A stretch of 32,000 nucleotides of DNA from Paramicrosporidium saccamoebae KSL3. Taxonomy: Eukaryota > Fungi > Cryptomycota. The notes below the pieces were generated by a model. It ran no database searches and had not been told where the DNA came from. It was given only the letters and a program-made list of their open reading frames with translations. A program made the position numbers and the translations under genes. Positions 18,171-30,491 of this stretch are shown here, piece by piece; the first letter of the stretch is position 1, and each line of letters opens with the position of its first letter. The stretch is taken from the NCBI GenBank assembly GCA_002794465.1, contig MTSL01000063.1, positions 1-32,000 of the forward strand. The letters are read 5' to 3'.

Positions 18171-18624
18171 TTAAATTTCATCAATATCTTCTTCGTCAAA
18201 CTCGAACTGAATATCTGCATTTTCGGGATTCGCGTCAGTCTCATTAATAACAGCTGTCTCGGGGATTTCACCGAGGGATTTGAGACTTCGGGCTTCGTCG
18301 GCATTGTATTTCAAAATGATATCGCCACGGCCTTCTTGGAAATCACGCAAGGAAAGGAGGATAACATCTCCAACGTTCATCCAAACCTTCTTCCTAAGCT
18401 TTCCACGAATATGCCCAATACGCTTTACACCGTCAAAGCAGGTGACTTCAAGATGGCCGTGCCCAAGCATTTTGGTGATCTGTCCGTACTCTTGTCCGAA
18501 CTCTTTAAAAACTAGCTCGCGCTTTCCTCCGTCGGCCTCATTCTTTCCGCGCCGTCTGTTTTTTCCTCCCTTTCCTAGCACGTTAATCTACACAGGTCTG
18601 GAGGTTACCCTTATTTTTCGGCAT
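18171..18624 (-). CDS. TIF11: Translation initiation factor eIF1A
   Basis: Exons 18624-18609 and 18574-18171 give [17 protein letters not shown]...[18 protein letters not shown]...[11 protein letters not shown]...[11 protein letters not shown]. Confidence 0.97.
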
Positions 18625-18708
18625 AGAACTCTTCTTGGCCCTGGCAAGCCTCCTCGAGCGTTTCAACAAAACCACTAAAGTAGGCTAATAATTAAATTGT
18701 CCGGCGCC

Positions 18709-21700
18709 ATGTCTCAGCCCTCAAAAAGGCAGCCTGCTCTTGTGGCCAGTAAATTTGAGCAAGAGCTAGTCAGGCTGCATCAAGAAACCTCCCACAGTAG
18801 CATCCAGTACCATGCATCCTTATTCACAGATTTTGACCGGCAGTCATGGTCTCGCCCATCCGCCGCTCCCATTTGTTCAAAAACGGAGAGTTTTGGTGAT
18901 TCTTCTTGTAGATACATTAATCGTGCGATAGTATTTCAGCAAATTGACATTGAACATTGTCAAGGGCCTCAACACTTTTTACTCAATGAACGAGGAATCC
19001 AGTCCAACTCTCTACCTGTAATGCGACTCTTTGGAACCACCCAAGTATGTTAATCATCCGAAGCATCTTGACACTACATTAGGGGCAGAATAGTGTTTTA
19101 TGCCATGTACATGGATTCTTGCCATATCTATACATACCATGCCCAGAGGCCTTGAGTAATCATGAAGTAGCAGAGTTTCGGGCTGCCTTGGATGTACCAA
19201 TTTCACATTGGGTGGACCTAATCATAGAAATTACTCCCTCCGGCTGCTGTTTCGGAAGTAAAGCTCCTCCAAAAGGCAAATATTTATGGCTATTCGCCCA
19301 ACAAGCACCTTCCGTTTTTAAAAATCTCGGCCACATCTCCTAGCCACTTGAATGCTGTTAAAAAGTTTGTCGAGAGCGGAATTGCTTTTTCCAGATTTCC
19401 TCTACGATCATACCCGACATTTGAGAGCAACATGCCCATTGTGTTGCGGTTCATGGTCGATGCGAAATTGACCGGTATGAATTGGGTTGAGCTTCCAAAA
19501 GAAACGTTTGTCCTTCGCAAAGACTACGAGAAGGTGTCTACGTGTCAGTATGAAGTTGATATTCTGTACCGTCATAGCCGATTTCTAATCGTGTAGCATG
19601 GACGACCTGATCAGCCACGCGCCTGAAGGAGATTGGGCATCCCTTGCGCCCCTTCGTATCTTGAGTTTTGACATTGAGTGTGCTGGAAGAAAGGGTATTT
19701 TTCCAGAAGCCAGTCAAGATCCTATTATCCAAATTGCTTCCGTTGTGACCATCCAGGGAGAGGCACAGCCTTGCACTAGGGCCGTATTTTCATTCAAGCC
19801 TTGTGCTCCGATTGTGGGTGCTGAGGTCATGAGCTATGATCGAGAAGAGGATATGATGATGGGCTGGGTTGATTTTTTCCAAAGGGTACGGCGATTATCT
19901 CAGTTACATCTATAGGTGGATCCTGACATTGTTATCGGTTACAATATCTGTAATTTTGACTTTGGCTATATTCTGGACCGGGCTCAAACACTGAAGCTTT
20001 CGAAATTCTCATTCCTCGGGCGATTAATAGGTTTTTCGCGGATCTGTGTGACTCTAATGCTATAGACACGCCCACCAAAGGCTCAGACACATTTTTTTCA
20101 TCAAAGGCCTATGGAACTCGCGAGAGCAAGACTTACAATCTTGATGGGCGTCTTGTATTTGATATTCTACAGGTAATGCAAAGGGACTATAAGCTTCGTT
20201 CTTACTCTTTGAATTCTGTGTGTGCCCACTTTTTGGGAGAGCAAAAGGAAGATGTGCCCCACAACATTATTACCGATCTATTTAACGGAAATGATGAAAC
20301 TCGAAGACGTCTAGCCGTGTATTGTCTCAAGGATGCCTACCTGCCACAGAGACTTGTAAATAAGCTTATGTGCATTGTTAACTACACTGAAATGGCAAGA
20401 GTAACAGGAATTCCATTCAATTATATTTTGTCCAGAGGCCAGCAAGTCAAGGTGGTGTCTCAGTTATATCGAAAAGCCGCCGAAGAAGGGTATGTCATTC
20501 CTGCTTTAAGGACTGAGGTAGCAGAAGAACAGTATGAAGGTGCCACAGTTATAGAGCCCATTAAAGGCTACTACGACGTTCCCATTGCTACTCTCGATTT
20601 TGCTTCACTGTATCCCTCCATCATGATGGCTCATAACTTGTGTTATACGACCCTGCTGGAGGCCTCTGCGCTTCCGGGTTTAGGATTGAGTCCAGATGAC
20701 TATATCCGGACTCCATCGGGCGATATGTTTGTAAAATCATCGCTGTGTAAGGGTATTCTTCCTATAATTCTTGAAGACTTGATCGCGGCGCGTAAAAAGG
20801 CCAAAGCCGAGCTGAAGGTGGAAAGGGATCCCTCAAAGCGTGCAATGTTGGACGGGCGTCAGTTAGCGCTCAAGATAAGTGCCAACTCTGTCTATGGATT
20901 TACTGGGGCCACGGTTGGGAAGCTTCCTTGCATTCCTATCTCTCAGAGTGTTACTGCTTTCGGGCGAGACATGATTGAAATGACCAAAGATCTCGTCGAA
21001 AAAAAGTTTACAGTCGGCAATGGTTACAAATCTGATGCAAAAGTTATCTATGGTGACACTGATTCCGTGATGGTCAAGTTTGGTACTGATTCGCTTGAAG
21101 ATGCCATGGATTTGGGCAAGGAAGCTGCTCAGTATATATCAAGCCACTTTATTAAGCCGATCAATTTGGAATTTGAAAAGTGCTACTTTCCCTACTTGCT
21201 AATCAACAAAAAACGCTACGCTGGCTTATATTGGACAAATTTCAAGAGTTACGATAAAATGGACTCGAAGGGTATCGAAACGGTTCGTCGTGATAATTGT
21301 CGTCTGGTTCAGACAGTCATAGACACAAGTCTACGGAAAATTCTGATCGACCGTGATGTCGAAGGAGCAAAGACCTATGTAAAACAAGTAATCTCCGATC
21401 TTTTGCAGAGCAAGATAGATCTCTCTCATTTAGTCATCACCAAGGCTTTAAGCAAGGCCGGCGAGGACTATGCTGGCAAGCAGGCACACGTTGAACTTGC
21501 TGAACGCATGAGGAAACGCGATGCTGCGACCGCTCCCAACATGGGAGACCGTGTTGCATACGTTATTGTCAAGTCGTCAAAAGGTTTGCTCGGTACCATA
21601 TTATTGACAGAATAGGCGCAGCGGCATACGAAAAAGCCGAGGATCCGATTTATGTGCTGGAGAACAATCTTCCTATCGATACACAATACTACCTGGAAAA

Positions 21701-22160
21701 CCAGCTTTCAAAGCCACTGATGAGAATTTTTGAGCCAATTTTGTCTAATCCAAAGGAACTACTGGCTGGGGACCACACTAGGTCCGTCAAAGTATCCGCA
21801 CCAGCCATGGGGGCAATGTCTAAATTTACTGTCAAACTGGAATCATGTCTTGGATGTAAAGCCACTTTGCGGAAGGATCAGTCTCTTGTCTGTGACTATT
21901 GCCGTCCAAACCTTGCGACCATATATCTGAAACACGTAAGATGGTTTTGATTTTTAATACCATAGCTTTCCAATCTAAACGCAATGGAGGAACGCCATTC
22001 GAGGCTATGGACTCAATGTCAAAGATGCCAAGGTAGTCTTCATCAAGATGTTCTCTGCACCAGTCGCGACTGTCCCATATTTTATATGCGTAAAAAAGTA
22101 CAGAAAGATGTTCAAGAAGCAACTGCATTGGATGCCAAGTTTTCATCGATTACATGGTAG
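18709..22160 (+). CDS. POL3: DNA polymerase delta catalytic subunit (multi-exon)
   Basis: Motifs [83 protein letters not shown] and KGIETVRRD, plus C-terminal CysA (CLGC..CDYC) and CysB ([26 protein letters not shown]). Exons are joined by 30-38-nt introns. Confidence 0.98.
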
Positions 22161-22187
22161 TATATATTTAGCGAATAAATTATCCTA

Positions 22188-24815
22188 CTACAAGTGTCGT
22201 GTAGTGGAAGATAGGCGCGAGTCAAGTCTATGCCTTGTTGTTGCATAGAGGGACTGGCTATTTTGTAAGCTGTTCAGTCTGATATGAATGTTGGAAATTG
22301 CACCTCTCCTCTTACTCGCTGCCAACTTTACCATCCATAAGCATCTATGACGCGGAAGTGATCAACTTTACCGTGTCAGATAACAAGGCCAGAAATTCAG
22401 TTGACCACCCCTTTCCTTCCACCAGCTTTAATTCGGTGACAAGACACGATCGTTGGCGATTGCTAAGCCCTTGGTTGTATATTTTTCTGGCAGTTTTGAT
22501 TGAGTAGACGAGCTCTTTCTCGACTGAAATCTCTCTGAAACACTAGACATTAAGCCGGAGTTGTCGCAGTACCATGAGAAGGATCGGTTGTAGCTTCTCA
22601 GAAAGGACTGGCAGGTTTTCCGCAGGGCAAAAGGTTGCGAGTCTACATATAAGAATTAACACCTGATCATATTACGAAAGCATGAGATTTCCGAAAACGG
22701 TAGGATCCTTGATCTTGCTAGCGTACATGGCCCGCAAAATACTCAAATCTCTGCTCAACAGAAATTCTAGGACAGCTTTTTGATGTTTTTCCTCATGCAA
22801 CAAGTTGCAGAGCAGTCGACCTGATGTGAGCAGAGAGTTGGCATTGCCTTCGGCACGATGGATACTAGTTAAGATTGAAGGTATATCCAACAGATTTTCC
22901 TGCTGTAATAAAACTAATCTAACAATGTCAAACACTAGCAAAGATTGTTAGGCAATTTGGGATACACATACGTGGAAATAGATGTTCGGGAGACCAGCGT
23001 TCTAGGCAGTGTTCGATCCAACCTTTTGTCTCGCCGCTAATCTTGGAACCCGTTAAAACATTTTCAAGCTCCGTCGGTATTTTCGCGACATCATCTTCCT
23101 GTGGAGCAAACTCTCCCACTTTTCGCTGTATCCCAGCAATGTTTGCATCGCGGTAGTAGGTGACACTATCAGCGGGAGAAAGCTTATTGCCTTTCTTGTG
23201 CTGAATTGCGTATGGATTAAATAATTCAGGGGCGTGACTCTCGAGTGTCTTGGTGGACGTATTTTGTAGTACAAATTCCACAACCTGATCAACGAGATCC
23301 GGACGCAGGTCATTATCAGCGAGAAACTTTGAGGCAGCTGTATAAGGATTGTCTACATATCATTACACTCGCTCGATTGGTAACCTCCATTATTATAAGG
23401 CAGCTTGTAAGATCCGCCCGATTCAAGTTCTACGTCAAACACATAGTCATATTCACGATCCATATAAGCCGTCTTTTTGGACGAGGCCGCTCCTTCAACT
23501 ACCTCTCCAATCTTGTCCCACTTGTGGCCATCCCACTAGAAATTCAGCATGTGTGGACTGTTAGAGTACCTGATGTACTTCCTGGATGTCGTTGTTTTTA
23601 ACAATGACAGACTGTCCCGCTTGCTTACCTACAGGTGAATTTTAGACCTTCATTTATCCAATATACCAGGACCAGACAGGATATCAGAGTTCGAGCAAGC
23701 CGATCCTGAGATGATTTCTTTACTCATTTGCATAGTCTTCAGACGCTGCTGGAATGAAGACAGCATCGTTGGATCGGGTGACAAATTTTCCTGTGGCGAG
23801 AACACATAAATCCGACCATCTGAAGAGCCGCAAACAATGTTTCCCGTAGGCGTAATGCACAGTGACCAAATCGACAGAGCTGGAATTGAGATTGACTGGA
23901 CACAGTGGATATCATCGCCCGATAAGCGCCAAATTTTAATTGTTCGATCTTCTCCGGCAGTAAAAATGTGTCCACGGAATACTTTCACAGTATATATAAA
24001 AGAGTCGTGCGCCTGAATCGTGCGAGTGCAATCTCCGTCTAGATTCCATACTTTGATAAATCTAACAATTATAATCTGCGTAGTGCTATACCCGTCATTC
24101 CCAACTGACACAAAGTCGCCCAATGTTGCAAGAGAGTCGTCGGCCATGGCTACTGATCTGACAACATCTTGATGGCCGCTAAACTGCTTCAAACACTTTC
24201 CATTTTTCCAAAGACGCAAGGTTTTGTCAGCCGAAGCTAAAGTTCAAAGATGATCTGAATAAAAATCTACCAGTAAGCGTTACGCCATCTGAGACAAAGC
24301 AGCTGTCCCAGACAGCCTGTGAATGTCCTTCCATGCTTACTGCCATGTTGAGTCCATCCCATATACGTGCGGTGTTATCCCAGGAGCACGAGACTAAAAG
24401 CTCGGATTCTGAGAATTCCAAGTGGCAAACGTTTGCCGCATGTCCGATTAATGTTCCCACAAGCTGCTGAAGTTGAACATCAAAAATATAAATAATCCCA
24501 TCAGTTCCACCGCTAGCCACCAGAAGCTGTCCTTCGTCATTTAATTTCTGCACGATGCTAACAGAGTTAACAAATCCCCCGTGCTCTCGATGCTCAAAAC
24601 ATTTTTCCATGATACAATTGTCAGTCAATTTCCAAACCCTCACACATCCATCTCGAGAAGCAGATGCTACAAACGTGCTTTCTTGAAAGACACCACACGC
24701 AACACTTTTCACCTAAAACAAAAGTAAGCCTATAAAATCTGTTTACATCTGCATCATGGGCAGCTGTGTCGCATATTAGTCGGTACATGTTTGAGCCAGG
24801 ATGTGATTCGGGCAT
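22188..24815 (-). CDS. DOA1: Doa1/Ufd3/PLAA ubiquitin-binding WD40-PFU-PUL protein (multi-exon)
   Basis: Motifs include ASRDGCVRVW, LVSCSWDNTARIW, GHSQAVW, GHQDVVRS, GEDRTIKIW, NIVCGSSDGRIYVFS, and PUL-like W....LFP..DIVRL. The 3' end is uncertain (22188 or 22345). Confidence 0.88.
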
Positions 24816-24943
24816 CTGCTCGATTTTAGTGCTACCGGGTATAGGTCTAAATAAGTTTTATTTAAAATGTTATTCTCAAAGCCCGGGTAGCCGACCATTA
24901 AACTCCTTGCGCCGTTTAAGACGTTTCGTCTAAATAGATAACC

Positions 24944-26243
24944 ATGGATCCGGCTGAAGATATGTGCGCGTTTTTAATTCCCAACAAAAACCGTTTCTGT
25001 AAATTACGCACAAAGATAGGCAAAAAATATTGCGGGGAGCACGGTTATCTAGAAAATGATGCGTCGTCTTGCCACCGAATCCCATGTCCGTATGACAAGA
25101 AACAGTAAGATTCTAGTTCACACATGACTATGTAGCACGGTTGACTCGAGAAATATGGATGCACATCTTCGTCGTTGCAACGGGAAGCCTAAACCGACAG
25201 CCGACTATGTTTGCCTGGACACAAACATCACAGCGTGTCCGGCAGCTCCTGCAAACGCACCTGATAAAACGTTCGATGAAATTTATGCTATTTTTTGCAA
25301 AGAGAATCGTTCCGTGTCGACTAACTCAAGCGCTCCCGTGCATCAACAGGTTCACGAAATGAAAATCAGCGACACTGTGAAACACAAGATCCAGAATGTA
25401 CCCCGTTGAGATTTCGTACTTATGAACAGGAAAATCTCTGTGGCATGATTCGATCAAATATCTCTAATGACAGGCCAAATACATATCTGGTCGAGCTTGG
25501 TGCTGGAAAAGGTACTAGGCTAAGATTAGCTATGCTAATTTACCAGGAGGGCTGTCACTCGCTATTGCTCCGGAAGTGGCATCGCTGAAACTCCCGGGGA
25601 GCAAAATAGTTCTCGTCGATCGCCAAAATTCTAGACGTAAAGATGACATGTATTTGAGAAACTTGAATTTTGAATTTTCGAGGATTTTTGCAGATCTGAA
25701 GGATATTAACTTACACTTACTGCTTCCATCCAGTGTCGAACGGGTCATTTTTACTGGAAAGCATCTTTGTGGGGCCGCAACTTGCATGTCACTGCGAGCG
25801 ATCGCTAGCCTGAGTAGCCAGAGACCACAATTGTTTATTTATTGGCCGTTATCTCATTAATAGGGAAGTATTAGTTACAATTGCGACCTGTTGTCACCAG
25901 CTATGCAGCTGGGATGCTTTTTGTGGTCAGAGTCAAAATGTCTGCACAATTCCGCAGCTTGAAAGATCCGATTTTATGAGGATTTGTAAGGCGAGCAGCT
26001 GGGGAGTATGCAAAAACAGGCTTCCGTATATTGGATTACTGCTTGACTAAGTTTTATAGACAGATGCCTCAAACCCGCGTGAATCCAGAAGAATTTGGGC
26101 AAGCGGCAAAGCAATTTATAGACACTATGCGTCTCCGATTTCTTGAAGGTTTTTCGTTTGAAACACAATACGTAGAATATGTCAGTGACTCCATTTCCCC
26201 TGAAAATAGATGTATCATTGCCAAGAAAAATTGGAATTTATGA
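24944..26243 (+). CDS. TRM13: tRNA:m4X modification methyltransferase Trm13 (multi-exon)
   Basis: N-terminal CAFLIPNKNRFC...YCGEH and IPCPYDKKH...HLRRC zinc fingers, then VELGAGKG, LVDRQNSRRK, DLKDINL, GKHLCGAAT, IATCCHQLCSW and YVEYVSDSISPENRCIIA. Confidence 0.93.
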
Positions 26244-26472
26244 TTACGATAGACAACAAGAGCTATTCGAATAATTTATGCACTTGCACAATTTGAATTT
26301 GATCATAAAATAGCATTTTGTGCGAATGGATCCATGTCATGGGTATTTGTAGTTCGCGCCGTTTGCTAGTCATAAGTATCGCGTAGTAGTAAATGTACAT
26401 AATTTATTTGTGCTGATCTTTCAGATATTCGCTGTAGGCCTTGTGCAATGCCATACAGAGATGCTGGTCTTT

Positions 26473-27162
26473 CTAAAAATTAATATTGCTTGTTGGTCCT
26501 ACACTGAGTGCACTGCTCACAATCCGAGGCATTTCATGAAACGAAGCAACAGATCCTTTCATCAGCTTGATTTGCTCGAACAGGCGTTTTAGTGAAAATT
26601 CTACAGGCTTGGTAGTGCTCACTGTCTTCCTATTTATGGCGTCTTGAAGATGGGTTGAGATTAACCGAGCGGTGGAAAAATCAACGGGGCTTTCGTCTTT
26701 TAAAATGCGATCCAAGACAGAGGTGAACTTGCCCATTTCGTCTGCTGAAAAGAACCAGAGTCCATAGACAACTCCTAAAAAAATTTAGCGTCTTTTTGCA
26801 GACAAACCGGTGTGCCCTGAGAACATTAAAAATTCATTCTCTACTTGAACGTTGTCAACATCGCTAAGGGACTGGACAAAGTTGTCGGTTTTTTGCCGAT
26901 TGAGAATTAGGAAGCTGTAGCCCGTGGTGCTAAATGTAAATTAGGATACTTTAAGAGATGTGTCTTACTTTTGGTAAAGAAACACTGTTCCTTCGATTCC
27001 TGCTCGCTCCTACAGTCATAAAGTTGAAGTTTCGAACAAACTTACCCAAGATTCATTCTGGAACGTGTACAATACAACATGACGCCCGGTGAAAATAATT
27101 GCCGAGGCTGTAGGATCTAGCCTTTGCACTATTCTTAAATTTAACGAGTTGGGGTGCGACAT
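26473..27162 (-). CDS. DCP1: mRNA decapping enzyme regulatory subunit Dcp1 (EVH1)
   Basis: Exons 27162-27046, 27009-26969, 26929-26808 and 26774-26473 (582 nt). Sequence includes LNLRIVQRLDP....IIFTGRHVVLYTF...WERAGIEGTVFLY...FLILNR...NF...VYGLWF. Confidence 0.88.
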
Positions 27163-27424
27163 GGACAGCCTGTCTAAATAGAATTACTTATAATGCTTTA
27201 AGTAAGCCTTTGTAGACTGAAAATTTTTGCCCACGGCATTGATATATTATCATTCTGAGTAGCTTACTTGAACAAGTCATTCTACATTTGTGCACAGTGT
27301 AGCACAGCAAATAGCGTAGATACGATCATGCACACCTTTTCATAAATACATTACTGATCCCAGGACCACGCCACACACATAGAGGATCGTTGGGTTTGGA
27401 CAACTAGATTACTGATCAGCACAT

Positions 27425-28802
27425 TTATCCATGTGATATGTGCCATTTTACTAGCTTTATGCAAGTTAGTGCGTCCTGCGTACTATCATGGCCATTAGAT
27501 CCTTCTTGGATGAATTCCAATAAATGCAGACGTGACAAGTCGCGAAGGCTATATTTCCCTTGATCAATGTTTTTAGGAAATAGCAATGCCGTGTCAATGC
27601 AATTCAAAGCAATTATCTATAGATAGGTGAAAAACAGGAAACCGAACCTTTAAGGAAGCGAGATCATTTTCCAGGGAATGTCCAATTAAGATTGTTTTTG
27701 GTCCGATAATCTTTGGAAGGACAATATTGCGAAGATTGTGAAACGTTGAAATATTATCATTTAGAACATCATGGAAGGACTGAGCAGTAATCCCGCTGTA
27801 GCGTGAATTGTAATCTACTACGGGCGCCTCTGGACAAACGAGAATATCTAACACTAGGGTCTCATCCCATGAGACAATGGAAATACGGGCAATCTCAGTT
27901 CCTGCCGTCGTGTAAATCATTTCAGCATCAAGGGCAACTATTGGTTTCTGGCTTGGAAGTTCTTTCCATTCGTCTATTCTAATAAAGTCTGATGGTGCCG
28001 ATGAATTTCTGTATACATGCTTATTAGCAACCTGGCAAGGCGCTTCTCCAATGGGGCGATGACAACACGAATAAAGACGCGAGGTGCCTTGTCTTATCTT
28101 TCCACGCAAATGGTGGTGGCAATCTTCTAGCTGCCCGTGCTCGCTGTAATAGGATTTGGGATCAAAAGGCTTCGAGCATCTGTCACATATGACTTTTGCG
28201 GGCTCTTGAAGTCTATCGGACTGGCTGCTTGTTTCCTGAACGATGTAGCCATTTTTTCCCAATGTCTCAGGACTATGCACAAGCTGCTGGAGAATAGGCA
28301 GGGGAGTTGCATCCTCGGCGCCGGAGGGAGCTACATTTTCAACATGTTTTACGGAGGATCGGAGAGTCTTGACTGTGGATATTAATAGGGAGGCGTATAC
28401 TTGGCGTGATGCTGCCTTGTTATATATTTCAAGTTCAACAGTAAGGGCTCTCTGTGCTCTCTCATTCGACTCTGCACTCAAAGCATCAAAGATTTTATCA
28501 AGAGCCATTTGCCGAGTCTTCCAAGGAAATTTACATCTGGGATTGAGAGCTAGAATGGGCCGATCACAGGTTTCTTTGGTGTCTTTGGTACTAGTCTCTG
28601 CATATGTGGCGAGTGGTCGTTGAGAGTCCTTCTCAGGTTTGGTTTTGATTAGGGAGTGCAGCGAAGGCACTTGATTATCGCTGTTTGTACGAATGTTATG
28701 GGAAAACAGACAAATGTCTGGTCCAAATGGGCAAAGCTCAGCCGGGCACTTCAAGTCTCGGAATTCGACACTTCCGGGGAACATTGAAGGGCCCTTGCTC
28801 AT
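27425..28802 (-). CDS. DEDDh RNA exonuclease, Rex1/Rex3 (REXO1) family
   Basis: Exons 28802-27648 and 27616-27425. Motifs CP..LCP..CLFSH, ALDAEMIYT..GTEIARIS, VDYNSRYSGIT, TILIGHSLENDL, IDTALLFP and GHDSTQDA. Confidence 0.92.
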
Positions 28803-28858
28803 AAAGGTAGAAAAGTTGTAGTACGAGAGTATATTTATTCAGCAGAGGTGTATCAGTC

Positions 28859-29506
28859 TTACTTCTTCTCCTTCACTTCCATAGCCTCGGCCTTCTCGGC
28901 GGCAACCTTAGCACGGATTCCGTGGTAGCGTTGCATACCCCAGGCCTTGCGAAGAGTGCTGTAGGCCGCGGTCTGCTTATCTTTTTCAGTGATCTTGCGA
29001 GCAGGCTCAACAGTCTTGTTGTTGGCGATGGGCATGACCTTGCTGAGGCAAACCTGAGTAGCCTCAGAAGCCTGGGATGAAGACTTTTTGGGGAAGACGA
29101 CCAGACGGTCGATGTATGCCAACAGACGCTGCTTGTTCAGCTCCAAAGATTCCTCGCACTTGTTGCGACGGCGATGGTCGACCGAAACACCCACGGAGCG
29201 AGCATAAGCACGAGTAAGTCCAGCAGCCTATATTGGGATTAGAATCGGCTGGGTCAATGTTGGCCATACCTTAATCTCCTCAAGAGTGAATCCACGACCA
29301 GCACGAAGGCGGGTGTTGTACTTTACCGTAGGGCAGTGTACAGCAGGACGAAGGAGCTCGGTGGGGCGGGGAGCCACACGTCTGGCCTTCTCGACACGAG
29401 TAGAGCGTCTTCGCTTCTTGCGTCCGGCCTGATCAAACCAGGTCTTGACACGCTCAGCCCAATGCTTGCGGAAATGGCCATTCGGCAAAACGTTGTTGTG
29501 TTTCAT
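28859..29506 (-). CDS. RPL13: 60S ribosomal protein eL13
   Basis: Exons 29506-29270 and 29227-28859. Motifs [46 protein letters not shown] and [10 protein letters not shown]. Predicted 5'-UTR intron at 29555-29508. Confidence 0.98.
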
Positions 29507-29521
29507 TCTATCGGCTCTAAA

Positions 29522-29531
29522 GGATGGATGA
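29522..29531 (-). promoter_or_regulatory. TCATCCATCC motif in the RPL13 5'-UTR intron
   Basis: ggatggatga on the plus strand, inside the predicted 48-nt intron. Confidence 0.6.
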
Positions 29532-29624
29532 GATGGATCAGGGTGAGTTCCTTACCTTGGGACTCAAGTAACCTTTGCCGGACCCCTGGACACCCTCGAT
29601 TCGAGAAGGTAGGACAAGCCTTTG

Positions 29625-29634
29625 TCATCCATCC
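29625..29634 (+). promoter_or_regulatory. TCATCCATCC motif in the RPS16 5'-UTR intron (29609-29650)
   Basis: tcatccatccatctaac lies directly before a CTAAC branch-point-like sequence. Confidence 0.6.
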
Positions 29635-29657
29635 ATCTAACAGAGTTTAGCAGCACA

Positions 29658-30116
29658 ATGCAAGCTGTACAAACTTTCGGAAAGAAGGTATACAGGCCGT
29701 CCTTGTCGGATTAATATATGTAGAAAACCGCAACTGCCGTTGCTCATTGCAAGGCTGGAAATGGTATGGTCCGCGTCAACGGTGTCCCTCTTGAGCTCGT
29801 TCAGCCCGAGACTCTTCGCTTGAAGGTCTTTGAGCCCATCCTCATCCTCGGAAAGGAGCGTTTTGCTAACTTGGATGTCCGTATCCGTGTCAACGGTGGA
29901 GGACACACCAGCCAAATCTATGCCATCCGCCAGGCCCTCGCCAAGGCTATTGTCGCATATCACCAAAAGTTTGTCGACGAAGCTTCCAAGCAGGAGATTC
30001 GCAACGTTTTGATCAACTATGATCGTTCCCTCCTTGTCGCTGATCCCCGCCGCTGCGAACCCAAGAAGTTTGGCGGTCCTGGTGCTCGCGCTCGTTACCA
30101 GAAGTCTTACCGTTAA
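29658..30116 (+). CDS. RPS16: 40S ribosomal protein uS9 (S16)
   Basis: Exons 29658-29687 and 29724-30116 give [21 protein letters not shown]...VNG.PL...[14 protein letters not shown]...[22 protein letters not shown]. Confidence 0.98.
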
Positions 30117-30173
30117 TGGTTTGGATTTGGTCCGTTCTACAGCATTCTTAATAAAGCAGATATTTACATATAG

Positions 30174-30461
30174 ATGCATGTCGCTGGTATGTATCCCCTG
30201 TGGTAATGAGCTCAGGCCACGGAGTTTACACTCGCCGAGGACGCTGCTTCTCCTACTGGCAAGACTACATTCAATGCAAGGAAAACAGTGTTTATCCCAC
30301 TGAGGAATGCCGACTGGCTGTGGAGGACTACCTGGAATGCCTTCATCATCGCAAAGAGGTAGCAAGCTCTTTCTAATTGCGCTAACAATTGTCTATAGAA
30401 AGAACGACTGATTCGCATTATTGAGGAATTGCGCCGAAACCGTAGTACTTCAGATTCTTGA
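30174..30461 (+). CDS. NDUFS5: NADH:ubiquinone oxidoreductase subunit NDUFS5 (15 kDa/NIPM, twin-Cys IMS subunit; missed by the ORF track)
   Basis: Exons 30174-30186, 30216-30358 and 30399-30461 give MHVAGHGVYTRRGRCFSYWQDYIQCKENSVYPTEECRLAVEDYLECLHHRKEKERLIRII. RCF..WQ and EDY.ECLHH.KE are NDUFS5-type motifs. The start is tentative. Confidence 0.85.
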
Positions 30462-30491
30462 TTCAGAAACCGATAGTTCGTTTATAAATGT

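Noticed and set aside
18697-26243. Apparent frameshifts and fragmentation of POL3, DOA1 and TRM13 suggesting pseudogenes
   Set aside because: Each break examined coincides with an approximately 30-40-nt GT...AG intron that restores the frame and the conserved motifs.
27200-27420. Possible snoRNA or ncRNA between DCP1 and the REX gene (attactgatc direct repeat at about 27350 and 27409)
   Set aside because: No properly spaced C/D or H/ACA boxes with terminal stem were found. The 10-bp repeat alone is too weak to call.
29637-30365. 242-aa minus-strand ORF
   Set aside because: Antisense shadow of RPS16 and NDUFS5.
30212-30418. Minus-strand ORF resembling an LYR-motif protein (FYRQLL)
   Set aside because: It overlaps the better-supported plus-strand spliced NDUFS5 model, and no second LYR motif (F) block is seen.
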